Shown piece by piece: positions 43,001 to 54,738 of a stretch of DNA of 64,000 nucleotides. The notes under the pieces were generated by a model, which worked only from the letters and a program-made list of their open reading frames with translations, ran no database searches and was not told the origin of the DNA. The stretch comes from Lama guanicoe (taxonomy: Eukaryota): assembly GCA_013239625.1 (NCBI GenBank), contig MU054466.1, positions 434,001-498,000 of the forward strand, in the 5' to 3' direction. Positions within the stretch are counted from its first letter, which is position 1. Each line of letters begins with the position of its first letter. The translations under genes were made by a program, and so were the position numbers.

Positions 43001-44006
43001 TTTCTCACTTGCAAGAGCCTCATCGACCTGCAGTGTCCAACCTCACTCCCTCACTTGTTACACAGTGATTTTTTTTTCTACTAAGTCTGAATCTACCATC
43101 CTCTCTGATGGCTCTCCAGCACTCCTGGGAAGGAGAGGGGAGGGGAGTCAACACTCCCACCTCTGCCCATGAGGCCCAGGGGCTCCTTTTGGAGCCTGAC
43201 CTGAAACCACACTGCCACCTGCCGCCAGCCCTGACACCAGCCTTCCCTCAGTCCTCTGCAGGCTCCTCGGACTGCTGGGGCCTGGCCGACTTCCTCTGCC
43301 TGAAACGCCGTTGAACACTTGGGCAATTAAATGGATTCGAACACACAAGGCTGTATTACCCCCGGCACGGGCCTGAACATTACCCTCTTTCTTCCTCTTC
43401 TTGTTACTGATGGGGTTTTTCATCTCCTGGCGGCTCCTCATAATCTCCCGGAGCCGGAAAGGGATTTCCTGTTCGTCCTGGTTCTTGGGTTTGCAATCCA
43501 CTTTCTTCTTCTCTTCGCTGGGAAGGAGAACACGAGGGTGAGACACATCCCAAGTCAAGCAAAAGCAGAACCAGAGAAGCCGAAGCTGGGCCTAGACAAA
43601 GAAACTTCACAGGCCACCCTGGCCGCTGTGGTGCGTGCGGGTCAAAGGAGCACGGCCTCTGCTCTCGTCCTCACCAGCCCGGAGGCTGTCCCTGAACTGG
43701 CTCCTCGCAGGACTCTGGGCGAGGCGCTCCCGGAGCTCGTCCAGGACGGCACTGACGGCACTTGGAAGGTGGCAAGCGCCACCCCGTAGACTCCCTCGCG
43801 CCTCCACTCACCCGGCTGCCGCCGGCCGCGGGAGAGGCCCCGGGGAGTCTTCAGTGCGCTGAGACCTGCACCCACCTGCGCGGCCCCGGCCGCGGCGCCG
43901 AGCGTCGCTTCCCCAGCTGCTGCTGCAGCCGGCCCTGCCGTCGCCCCCGGGTCCCATGCCCCGCCGTCCCGGCGGGCGCCGCCGCTTCGCGCCGGGCTCG
44001 CGCCAT
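40011..44006 (-). CDS. CCDC137: Coiled-coil domain-containing protein 137, 292 aa, 6 exons
   Basis: Exons (minus): 43876-44006, 43384-43517, 41798-42020, 40612-40694, 40393-40472, 40011-40238 (879 nt, GT-AG). KKKVDCKPKNQDEQEIPFRLREIMRSRQEMK...VKFGEVVLQPPELTAKP...ARQRIVVEERKRAVQAYRALK. Confidence 0.93.
41046..41145 (+). mobile_element. tRNA-Ala-derived SINE (Vic-1-type), short copy in CCDC137 intron 3
   Basis: A/B-box tRNA-like head and A-rich tail, flanked by AAAAGTTGCAG / AAATGTTGCAG, which look like a target-site duplication. Confidence 0.75.
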
Positions 44007-44219
44007 TCCCAGGCCCGACACCCCGCGGCGAAGCCACTTCCGCACTCCCGCACAGTCCCGCCCGGTTCCCGTCACTTCCGCTTCCTGCGCTCCGCCTCGC
44101 GCCCTTTGAGGGGGGCGGTGCAGATCCCTGGAGGGTCAGGATTGGCCAGGGCGGCCGCCGTTGACGGCTTGGGCGGGGCCGACTGGGGCGCGCACGCGCC
44201 ATGGGCCGCGCCTCAGGCG
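44007..44219. promoter_or_regulatory. Bidirectional CpG-island promoter CCDC137/OXLD1
   Basis: Divergent ATGs at 44006 (-) and 44220 (+). ETS sites ACTTCCG at 44036 and ACTTCCGCTTCC at 44074-44085; ATTGG at 44141; GC boxes; NRF1-like GCGCACGCGC. Confidence 0.85.
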
Positions 44220-45545
44220 ATGCTGCTCCGGAGCTTGTCCCTGGGAGGCCGGGCGGCGGCCGCTGCTGCGCGGGGCCCGGCAAGTACCAGTAGGAGCAGG
44301 GCAGGGGCCCGGGTTGCGTTCGGGAGGCCGGGCCCCACAGGGACCGAGTAGTCCCGCCCGCCTGCAGGGACCGCCCCCTGCCCTTTGTGTCCGCGCCTGG
44401 GGTGCAGGAGGGGCGCTCGGCCGCTGGGCAGAGCCAGGGTGGTACGGGCGGGTTCTGAGCTTGTCCTCTCGTGCGGCAGTACCTGTTGAGCGCCTGCTGT
44501 GCGCGAGCCCTTTGGGGAAGCCGCAGTGAACAAGGAGCTGACGCTCCTCACAGGAGGAGTTAGAGAAATAAGTGTGGGCTGTGTCAACTAGTGTTCAGTT
44601 CCCTGGAGACAGTGCAGGGAAGGGGACCGGGGCTGGAGCGGGGAGAGGGCTGCCCACGGGACCTTCTTGGGTAGACTGGGAAGGGCTGCCCACAGGGCCC
44701 TTGAGGATGACCTAGGGGCCTGGGCTCCTCTTGTTACAGAGGGAAACAGGGATGAAGGGGTGATGTGATTAGTCAGGATGGTTAGCGAGCAGGGGTGCAG
44801 CCATAGTGGCTGGCCAGAGAGGTGGCTGTGAGGGCTGGATCTCCTAGGCTTCCACCCACCAGGCAACTGCAGGAGTGCACCCCCAGTGCCAGGCCCCGAA
44901 CCCAGAGCTTCCCATGAATCCTACATCACCTTGTACCAACAGTCACTTCCGTTTTACAGATGGGAACCTGAGTCTCAAGGTGAAGTAACTAGTCTAAAGT
45001 CACACAGAAACTGAGGGAGCAGAAAAGGCCATGGAGCCCCCTGCCAGTGTCAGGAGGCTGAAACTTCCCCAGAGCTGGAGAGCTGGAGACAGGCCGGGCC
45101 TCCCCAGCTTCCTGGAGACTCATGTGCTTATCTGCATCCTTAGGGGCCACCCTCCAGCTGGGACTGGTGCCAAAGGCTGCCTAGGGGCGGCAGCATTCTT
45201 CACAGTATTGGAGTGCATGACGGCCCCAGAGAGTTCGGGAAGGACCATACGGAGGTGGGCTCCCAAGCAGGTGCAGCCGACACTGGGCAGCCGAAGTCCT
45301 CCCTGCCTGGCGGGGGCCCCTCCGAGCCCCGGTACCCACCGCCGCCTGAGCTCCAGCCCCCCACAAACTGCTGCATGAGTGGCTGCCCCAACTGTGTGTG
45401 GGTGGAGTACGCAGACGCGCTGCTGCAGCACTACCAGGACGGCGGGAAGCGGGCCCTGGCCGCCCTGGAGGAGCACGTGGCTGACGAGAACCTCAAGGCC
45501 TTCATCCGGATGGAAATCCAGCTCCGCGTGAGGAGTGGAGGCTGA
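44220..45545 (+). CDS. OXLD1: Oxidoreductase-like domain-containing protein 1, 153 aa, 2 exons
   Basis: Exon 1 44220-44279 ([20 protein letters not shown], donor GCAAGT). Exon 2 45144-45545 ([13 protein letters not shown]...[28 protein letters not shown]...[11 protein letters not shown]...GG*). Confidence 0.9.
44925..45010 (-). mobile_element. MIR SINE fragment in the OXLD1 intron
   Basis: ttttacagatgggaacctgagtctcaaggtgaagtaact...aagtcacacag matches the MIR core. Confidence 0.65.
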
Positions 45546-46869
45546 GCCCTCACCCAGACAGCCTCCTCCCGGGGACGCAGCACGGCCTCCTTTTTCCACG
45601 GCCCCTTTGTGCGGGAACGGGAAGAAGTGTTTGTGGACTTTCCGTGGGAGTAAATAAGTTCTCTGAGGTGGCTAGACAGGAGGCTTCCGTGTCGTTCTCT
45701 GTAGGGCTTGTGTCACCTCATTGGTGAAGGCAGGCACACAGTCATCGTCAGCCCACTGGGTACCTGTGAGGGTGAAGCTGGACCCATTTCCTTGACTGTT
45801 CATGTGACAGTTACCCCAGGGGCCCCTTCCATGTCCCAGCATCCCAGCAGTCCTGCCCAAAGGTTAGCTCTGGTTACTCTCAGTGGTGCAGCAGAGGGAG
45901 GACCATCTGGTCCAGTGAAGTTGCCGTTGGCCAAACCCTTGGCAGACAGCCTGGGAGGTGTCCCATTCATCCAGCTGCAGGCAGTCCCTCCCCACCCACC
46001 GGCCCTTCTGACCCACTTAGCAGCTCCCAAGGCAGTTGGCCGGGGCCAAGGGACCGGGAGGCCTCAGGCGTTAGCCCTGGAACCAGCCTCCTAGCATCAG
46101 ACTGGTCTGGTCCTTGGCTGCTGACTGGGCCACTTGGACCATTGGTTAGAGTAGGACTTTTTCTTAGGGCCCTCACTGCCCAACCCCATCTCCTGCTCAC
46201 CTTCATCCATGGAAATTTTCCCACTTCGTCTGCCTCCCCCACCCTGGCACCCAACAATTCCAAGCTCTGATACTGGTTTCCTGGACAGGTAGGGGTTAAA
46301 GGAATTTATGCCCGTTTTATTTCCTCCCATTTAAGGGAAATGACTTCACAAGGGATTTGAGCTGATAAACAGGCCTTCCCAGGTAGAGACCTTCAATATA
46401 CAACCAGCATTTCCCCTGGAGACAGATCTTTGGACAAGGGAACGAAACCACACGGCCACAAGATGTGCCACTGTGCTAATGCCTGTGGACAGACACACCC
46501 AGCAGCATAGGCTGTCACCTTGGCCAGTTAGTGGGTGTCACCCAGAAGGAGAGTTTTGGTTGGTTCTGAAAAATGTGATTCTGGTGACAAGTTGGTTAGA
46601 CCCAAATTCAGAGCGTCTGCTATCCTCCAACAGATCTGAAAATGACCCAGGAAGGGAAAGGTTTTCCCCACAGACAAAAGCACAGCCAAGCTTGGTGTGC
46701 TTAGGGCCCCAGAAAGCACCTGCAACATAAAGGTGGTTTATCTTGGGGCTGTAGGAAGAGGTTTACTGTATTTTCCTCAAAGTCATGTATTTGTAAAAGA
46801 TACTCTGCGTGGATATGATGCTGGGGCAGATTTCTGAAGTCCCAGGAGGAGGGAGCTAGAGGAAAGGGG

Positions 46870-47030
46870 AGAGGTGTACAAAATGCAGCATGTGGGAGCA
46901 GCAGGTGCAAAGGCCCTGGGGTGGAAGGGGCTTGTTGGAGCACAGCAAGAGGGAGGGATGAGAAGTGAGGCCAAAGAAGTGGATTGGACGAGGCCATACA
47001 GGGCTTTGGGGGCCACAAAGGCAAGTCGCT
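46870..47030 (-). mobile_element. L2 LINE fragment
   Basis: cagcaggtgcaaaggccctggggtggaag...gatgagaagtgaggccaaaga...ccatacagggcttt resembles antisense L2 3' region. Confidence 0.45.
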
Positions 47031-47244
47031 CAGCAGTCAGGACTGAAAGGGGGAGGTCCAGCACAGCGGCCAGTGCTGTTTTGTCTTCACTCAGAGATGA
47101 GAGCTCTTTCCTTCGTCTGTCCGTGATCCCGTGTCCCTTGCCTGCCCTGGCCCTGTCCCTGGCTCGTCCTTCCTTCAGGCCCTTGACCTCGCTCGAGCCC
47201 CTCCCCCTGTCTCAGGGAGTCCTCTGTGGGGGTGCCCACCCCAC

Positions 47245-47375
47245 AGTCTCATTAGTGTGGTGTCAGGGCACAGCCCTAATCAGCTTACCCAGCAGTGAGA
47301 TAAATGCCCCGCCGGCAGCTTGCCGAGGGAAGCCTGTCACACACCTGTGGCCCCCGAGACCTGCCTCAGTACCTG
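47245..47375 (+). promoter_or_regulatory. PDE6G: Probable PDE6G photoreceptor promoter and non-coding exon 1
   Basis: CRX/OTX-type CTAATC at 47276-47281, TATA-like GATAAA at 47299-47304 and a strong donor CTG|GTGAGT at 47375/47376. Candidate acceptor is CAG 48761-48763, before the ATG exon. Confidence 0.6.
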
Positions 47376-48823
47376 GTGAGTAGTGCCTTTCCCAGGTTGT
47401 CTGTCCTGACGGCCACTTACCCAAGGGCCTCTGCCCAGTGGGTGGGAAGCTGGCGGGCTTTTCTCCATCATTCTGAGGTCAGGCTCTGTGGGAGTCCAGC
47501 TACTGCCCTGTTCAGAGAGGATGCCCAGCCTGTCACCTCCTCTGTTCCGCATGTCGAACAGTGCTGGTGCAGGCTGTCCCCCAGACCAGCAATGGTCTCG
47601 GAGCCTCGGGCCACACACGCTCAAGCAACTTGAGTGGGCTGAGACCTGGGCCGGGGTAGGTCAGGCAGCAGTTTCCATGGGGATGGGTTTCCATGGGGAC
47701 AGCATCTAATAGTTGGAGCTTCATCAGGGCCCAGAACTGTCCATACCAGGCCCATAGCCTGGGGCTGGGGAAGGGGTCCAGCTGGGCCTGCACTGTCTGG
47801 GCTACGAGGAGTGGGTGTCATGGGTTTTGAGCCGCCAGAACCACCAGGCCTGCTGCCATCCCCCTTGGACACCTGTGCAGATCCAGCTCCCCACCCCTGG
47901 TTCCTCCCCGCTTCTGTTGGTCCTGGCACAGAGGCTGAACCTTAGTGGGGAAAGGACCATGGGGGCCTCCCGGTTGGTCTCAGCCCTGATGCTCCAGCGG
48001 GCAGCTGGCTGTGGCCCAAGGCTGGAGTCAGGCATTGCAGCCCACAAACCACAGGCAAGAAAGGGGACCCAAGGGGTGGCGCCTGGGGCGTCCAGTGCTG
48101 GGGCAGCAGCTCATGTCCGTGTCATGTAAGTAGCCCTAGAACCTTCTGGGCTCCCAGTGGCCCCTGAGGGATTAGTCTCCCTCTGCTGCTAATAGGCTTA
48201 GAGGAGTCTGAGCTGTCCCTGCAAGGGTCACTGGGGCTTAGGGCGTCTGGGGAGAGGCTCTAGGGGAGCAGGGGGGGGTCACCCTGTGTGGCAGGTGCAA
48301 GGACAGTAGTAGGTGACTGGCACCCAGAGCTAGCTCTGAGCACAGTGAGCGGCGGGGGGTGGGAATTTACCAGCAGAGGGAAGACACTGCTCCTGTAGCC
48401 TTGGTTACCCGGCGGCTTGGCTGTGAGCCGCATCCTGACACAGGCCCCTCCCCTGCCCAGGCTCCCCACCCTCCGGTCTCTCAAGTCACTCTTATTGTTA
48501 GCACGGGGTGAGACCTAGTGCCCCACCCCCGGGATGGGGTGGGGGATGCAGAAGGGGAGACTGTGGGAAGGGGCGCACCTGAGGGCCACCCAGCATGCTC
48601 TCCTGTGCCTGGCTCCAAGTGGAGCCCCACGTGGAGAAGGCAGGGGCTCCCGAGGGCCGGGGTCTTACGGGGGGTCAGGGGGTCTCATGTTTCAGGGCTT
48701 CCTCTGCTCTGGTGGGTCAGAAGCAGGAGGGCTGACTGGGATCCTGGCCTGGTCTGCACGCAGCCCACAGCGTGAGGGAGTCCAGAAGCCAAAGGTCGCT
48801 GCGGCGTCTCTGCCAACCTGGCC

Positions 48824-49931
48824 ATGAACCTGGAGCCACCCAAGGCCGAGATCCGGTCGGCCACCAGGGTGATCGGGGGGCCCGTCACTCCCAGGAAAGG
48901 GCCTCCCAAATTTAAGCAGCGGCAAACCAGGCAGTTCAAGAGCAAGCCCCCCAAGAAAGGCGTCCAAGGGTAAGCAGGGCTGTGGGCGGGGCGCCTGGGG
49001 GGCGCGCCGCAGGGAGCGCGGCTGGCTGCAGGTCGGGTCGGGCTGGGCTCAGCCATCCTCTCCTGGCTGAAGGCAGTCTCCTCCTCCCGAGTGGGGGTCG
49101 GTTCCCAGGGGCCTGAGCTGGGCCTGTCTCTGGGCGGAGGTCGCGGGACAGGAGACCCTTTGCTGTTCCTGCCAACGGGTCTGGAAAGCACACCTACCCA
49201 CTGCCACCCGGAGACTCAGCCGTGGCCCCGCCGACCACCTTGCGTCCCGCACTCACAGGCACAGGCCCCCGTGGACACACCCAGGACACACTCAGACACT
49301 CCACGTTGTCGGGAGCCTGCACTCAAGTGCCCGCAAGGCCCCGCTCGGCTCCCTTCCCAGCCACTGTCCCTGACTGCTCTGTCCTTGCAGGTTTGGGGAC
49401 GACATCCCGGGAATGGAAGGCCTGGGAACAGGTATGATGGCCACGGGGGTCCGCCTAGGTCCCCCCCACCACCCGCTGCCCTGCTCTCTCTGGCAGGGGC
49501 TCATATAGGATCCTGCCCCCAGTCTCTTTCCTTTTCTTCCCCATCAAGCTTCAGACACCACAGAAGCGGGTGGTTCCTACTCAGTGGGTCCACCACATGC
49601 TTGGGGGCTGGGAAGGAACAAAGCTCTTGCTGTGCCTTCACCCCAGCAGCAAGAGCCCCCTTCCTTCCCCCGCGCCTGGCCTGCTGCACCCACTCCCTTC
49701 CTGGGCAGGGCACCCCCCAACACCCCCCCAGCTGGTGTGTCCTGGTAGGGGGGCTCTGCACTGGGACTTGTACTCTCACCGCTGGGACGGCAGGCCCCGA
49801 GGGGATAGTAGACCAGAGGACACCCCGGGACCCACTGGCCCCCTCACCCTGCAGACATCACTGTCATCTGCCCGTGGGAAGCCTTCAATCACCTGGAGCT
49901 GCATGAGCTGGCCCAGTACGGGATCATCTAG
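48824..49931 (+). CDS. PDE6G: Rod cGMP phosphodiesterase 6 gamma subunit, 87 aa
   Basis: Exons 48824-48969, 49391-49431, 49855-49931 (264 nt, GT-AG). [87 protein letters not shown]. Confidence 0.98.
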
Positions 49932-50404
49932 CCCTGGATCCTGACCTGGGCCCCTACCCTCCGCTGCCCCCTCCGACCGACTCCTGCTTCCTGCAAAGAG
50001 GCCTGCCCCCCAGGGCATCCAGTGTCCAGATGACCCTGTGTCTGGAGACCCTCGCAGGGCGGTGGCTTCAGGCCCCAGGAGCCCACCCCCTCCACACAGG
50101 ATGCCCTCTTGGGGTGGCCAGGCCCTGCTTAGCTCCGCGGACCTTCTCCCCCAGTGGAAAGGGAAAGTGAGGACAGGGCCTCCCAGGAGTGTCTCCCACA
50201 CCCTGGCCCCTGTCCTGCCCATCTAGGGGTGAGGACAAGCTGTCCCCACTGACCCTGTCGGCTGAGGCCCTTGGGCCAGCTTGGCGGGAGGTGGGTGGCA
50301 GGAGTCCTGTGGGCATCAGTGGGAGAGCGAGGCCCCTCCAGACCCATCGCACTAGCAGGAAGCTTGACCTTCCCAGCTCAGCCCGTGCTTGCTGTCCTTG
50401 TTCA

Positions 50405-50410
50405 AATAAA
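50405..50410 (+). terminator. Polyadenylation signal AATAAA for PDE6G
   Basis: AATAAA about 470 nt after the stop, followed by GT-rich sequence. Confidence 0.8.
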
Positions 50411-50925
50411 ATTAGTGTCCTCCTTCCTCACGGATCTGTCTGGGGCTGTTGTCTGGTGGGGCAGGGCCCGAGGGTGGGGTCTCTTCAGCAGGAGTGGCCA
50501 GGTGAAGGCGCAGAGTGGCAGGGGCTGCGGGGCCTGGCCGGCCGAGAGGGGAGGAAACCATGGGGCGCTGAGCCCGGGCCCGTGACGGCTGGACCCAGGC
50601 AAGGCGGGCAGCCCTGCACACACACCTGTGTGAAACTGTCCCCAGCAGCAGTCATCTTCTGGGAGCTGCCCAAGCGCACGTCCACCTGGACGTAGGGGTC
50701 TGTTCACACAGCAGTGACCAGAGCGACTCTTGCGCAGGGGCCTCTGGGATCTTGTTTATGTGAAGGCCAGAAAAAGCTGTAGTAGCCAAAGGCAATGAAG
50801 GCCGAGCAGCAGCGGCCGAGGGAGGGGCCAAAGGACCTGCTGGGGCCGGATCTAGACCTGGTGGTGGGTCCGCAGGCGTGCAGACAGGTGAGAACGCCTC
50901 GTGCTGCTGCTCCGGGTTGGTGCAG

Positions 50926-50931
50926 TTTATT
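50926..50931 (-). terminator. Polyadenylation signal AATAAA for TSPAN10
   Basis: tttatt on + at 50926-50931, about 475 nt after the stop at 51406. Confidence 0.75.
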
Positions 50932-51405
50932 GTATGAGTAACATGTCTCAGTAAACCTCACTCCCCCAACACACACACACTAGAAGGAGAAGCCTGGGCC
51001 TCGCCCCGGACCACCACCGTGGACAGCAGAGGGGAGCTGCCTCGGGCGAAGGCAGGTGCCGGGCTGTGGTGAGGGCTGGGCTTGTGAGTGGGACTCCGAG
51101 GCGGCTGGAAGTGATCAGGGGTGAGGGTGGGGAGCGAGGACTGCAGTGGGGGTCAGGCGGCAGCATCTCACCCAGTCCCCCTCGCCCCCAGCTCTCCTTG
51201 CTGGCCAGGTGGCTTTGCCGGGCACGCTGTGTGGAAGGCAAACACTGACCAGGAAGTCAGGCGGGGGCTTACACTCGGACCTCAGACCCCAGCAGCGCTT
51301 GCAAGTGAGCAGGCAGTGCAGGGGAAAGGGGACCCTGGGGAGCTGGGGCCGGCAGGTGGAGGAGGCCTGGGGGTCCACTAGGGCATCCCCTAGTGTCCAG
51401 GCAGT

Positions 51406-54400
51406 TTACTCTGACACCTTCCCCGAGAGGGGCAAGGAGGCCTGCAGCCCCAGACCCCGTTCCAGTGTCCTGGTCTTTCGTCCCATCCGCCAGTCAGCCG
51501 GGGGCCCATTTGGCAGAGGGTGGGGTACCGGGCCTGGGGGTCCAGAGGGCGGGCCCGCCCTCCCAGCTGCCCCCTTGTGGACAGCCAGGGCCCACACCAG
51601 CTGGATGGCCAGCAGGAGCTCTGCCCCCTGGACCACCACAACCACGATGGCATATTTGCCCGCGGTCCAGACGTGGCTGCGCAGCCACTGGCGGAGTGGG
51701 GGGCCACAGCCCTGCAGGTACACCACTCTCTGGGCCGCGTCCTCGTCCAGGCCCAGCGCCCCGAAACCACACTGGTCGTTGACGGAGGCTCCATCTTTCC
51801 AGGGGTCGATGCAGCAGGAGGCAGGAAGGCTGCAGGCCTGGACCCCAGGGGAGCTGCAGTTAAAGTGCCTGCCAGGGCCCAGGGGGCATCAGTCCAGAGG
51901 GCAGGGCTGTGGGCCTGGGACCCCAGTGCCGTGCCAAACATCTCCCACCCGCCTTCAGACCTCCCAGGGCACACACGCTGTCCGTGCACGCACTCACATG
52001 CACACGTGCACGCACATGTGTGACGCACACAGCATGACTCCACACCGGCACGCAGGCACCCATGCACACGTGCACACACCTGTGCACACACAGACACACA
52101 CAGCACTCAGCTCTCCGCAGCTCATCCCAGCGCCAGTAGCCCTCTGCGTGTACACACACATACATACACACACACGTACGCACACCTCTGGGCTAGAAGG
52201 GGCGTACTGCGTGGGACGCTGGAAGGCGGCAGGCATTTGATGGGGGCTGGAAGTAGGAAGGCCCGGCCCCACGGATGCTGCTGAGTTGGCCTGAGCAGCA
52301 GGGCTGGAGTGGGAGAAAGTGGCAGAGGCTTTGGTAGGGTCAGCGTGTCGTGGTGGGGAGTGAGGGGCAGCGCTGGGCAGCGACAGGAGGCAGGAGGCTT
52401 GGGAGGGGCTCACAGGACCTCGAGGGAGTGCTGCTCTTGTCACCCACCTCAGGGAGCCCCCAGGCGCCCCTGGCCTTTGGTGCCCAGGGCCCTGCGACCT
52501 GCAGGCTTTCCCCTCGCCCTCCCTCGCGCAGCCTCATCTCCTGGAAGGGTGGGCCTCCCTACAGCAGGGGCTCAGAGGCCAGTAGGCTGGGCGGCATCAC
52601 GGCCCCAGAGGAGCTGCCACCGGCCCAAGTCCCCCGCGGCCACCAAATGAGAACAAGCTCCTACAGTGCTTGGTGCATGGAAGGAAGGGCCAGCACGTCT
52701 CTTGGACCACTGGGGACAAATGGCTGGTTTTCAAGAGTCTCCCTGTGATCCTAAACACACATGTACAGAAACATACAACACGTACAGACACACACCGCAC
52801 ACACGTATACGTACACACGCACGCACGTGTACACACATGCACACACGTACACAGTGGAGGGAGAACGGTGACGTCATAGTTCAGGACGGTGTCTGAATTA
52901 ACCTATACGTCATTTTCACTTGACACTGAGGCGTCTTGTACAATGTCCTTACCGAACCAACCCCACCCAGAGCGACTTTCTACGTCTGCTGGCTGAGCTT
53001 CTCTGTTGAGACCGCTGCCTGACCACCAGGTGTGTACACGTGCAAGTGTGTGCCCCTGAGTGTGCGCACACAGGTGAGTGTGTGTACCAGTGAGTGTGCG
53101 CGTGCAGGGGTGTGTGTGGCCCGCCTCCCCTCCAGCCCCAGAGAGCCTGCCGGCCACCGCGGGGCTGGCCGCCTCACCCCGGGCCCCAGGACTCACAGGT
53201 TGCGCTGCCAGTCCTGGTAGGAGGCCGCCCCGCAGCACTGCAGCCCCAGCTGGACTTGGTCGATGAGGAAGCACAGGTCGGGGCTGTCCTGGTAGTGGGT
53301 GATGGCCACACGCAGGATGTGCTCCAGGCCATCCTGCAGCCGGCCCCAGAGGGCCACCAGCAGGGCCCCGGCCATGGCCTCCAGCACCAGAAAGGCAAGG
53401 ACGCCCCCAGAGAAGCAGCGCAGCAGAAAGGTGTTCTCGCAGAGGGCACCCAGGCAGCCCGCCAAGCTCACCACGCTGACCGCCAGCCCGCCCAGCACCA
53501 GCCCCAGCATTGGGTCTGCAGGCAGGGGGCCCCCCCATCTAGTCCTCAGAGATCCCTTAACCGCCAGGCCCCAGAGCCCGACAGCCAGGGCCAGCAGGCT
53601 GAGCAGAGAGAAGAGGAAATTGGACAGAAAGATCAGGCCCTTGAGGCAGGGGAGGGAGTGGGCCAGGACTCCCCCAAGGCCTTCCCCCCGGGCCTGGTCC
53701 TCCCATGGCGCTGGCCCCGGGGGAATTGGAGTGAGCGGGCTGCTCCTGGTGCGGGCTGGCTCCTGATCCCTGGCATCCTGCAGAGAAAGGAGGAGCAGGG
53801 AGGTCTCACTAGTGAACCCGATTCACTCAGACCATGTGACAGTCAGCAGGGAGGAGACCTCATGGAGGGATGTCAGAGTCTGTTGGGGAGGAAGCTGGAC
53901 TGGACGGTGGAGGCGGTGGGGGGGCACTCAGAGACTCTGCCATGCCAGGGTCATGGCAGCCTATAGGCCAGGCAGCAGAGGGGATGGTGAGGGTCCTAGC
54001 TCCCTTACAGCAGGGGTCAACAGCTGCCTGCAAGTCTGTGGTAGGAAAAAGGACCACCACAAAGGCACGCCTCTCCCTCCTGCCGTGTGATGGAGGGTGC
54101 GGGTCAGGGCCCCCGACTATCCTGCAGGACAGTCATCAGGCAGGTGGGGCCGCTGCCCCTGAGTCTGGGAGTTTGGAATGCATCTGTGTGGGTCGGTCTG
54201 CACACGTCGTCACGAGAGGGGCTTCTGCATGCGGGCCAGGAGGGGGGCCCACCAGGCAGAGGGGCCAGCCCAGGGGCCTGCCCTTTCTGCCTCCTCCTGT
54301 GATCCAGCCCCATGTCCCAGGAGCAGCTCAGCCCTACTAGGTGAGTGCAGACCTGTGCTGGGCCAGGCAGTGAGGGGGTCCTGGGGCAGGGGAGGAGCAG

Positions 54401-54738
54401 CCAGACCTGGTCTGGGGTGCAGGGCCTTCCAAGGGACTTAGCCCAGGCTCGGGGGCCCTGGCCTCAGCAAGGAGAAGAGTAAGGGTGCTGAATGTTGGGG
54501 GCCCACCCTCCCTCTAGGCTCCCGACAGAAGGGTGGCTCACTGATCGTGAGGTTCGGAGAAGCTTGAAGCCCTTTCCACTTGCCCCCTTGAGGGACAGTC
54601 TCTACATCAGATCTGCCTCCAGCCCCTCCGCCCTGCCCCAGGCCTCCTCCCACAGCCTTCTGAGCTGCCCAGAGAGCCCTCCAGGGCCCTGGCACTGCTT
54701 ACCTGGGACAGCAGGGGCCTCTTCTCCCCCTCGTCCAT
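51406..54738 (-). CDS. TSPAN10: Tetraspanin-10 (oculospanin, TspanC8 subgroup), 359 aa as read here
   Basis: Exons (minus): 54703-54738 (MDEGEKRPLLSQ), 53197-53777, 51406-51868; 1080 nt, GT-AG. LIFLSNFLFSLL...GCLGALCEN...QCCGAASYQDW...FNCSSPGVQACSLPASCC...QCGFG...GCGPPL. The C-terminal tail appears frameshifted (see findings). Confidence 0.92.
51970..52185. repeat. Degenerate (CA)n / purine-pyrimidine alternating tract in TSPAN10 intron 2
   Basis: cacacacg...cacatgcacacgtgcacgcac...tacacacacatacatacacacacacg. Related tracts at 52755-52850 (CA-rich) and 53030-53120 (TG-rich). Confidence 0.8.

Noticed and set aside
51146-53966. Long + strand ORFs (364 aa at 51146-52240, 290 aa at 53094-53966)
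   Set aside because: Antisense shadows of TSPAN10 exons and CA repeats, with no recognisable domain.
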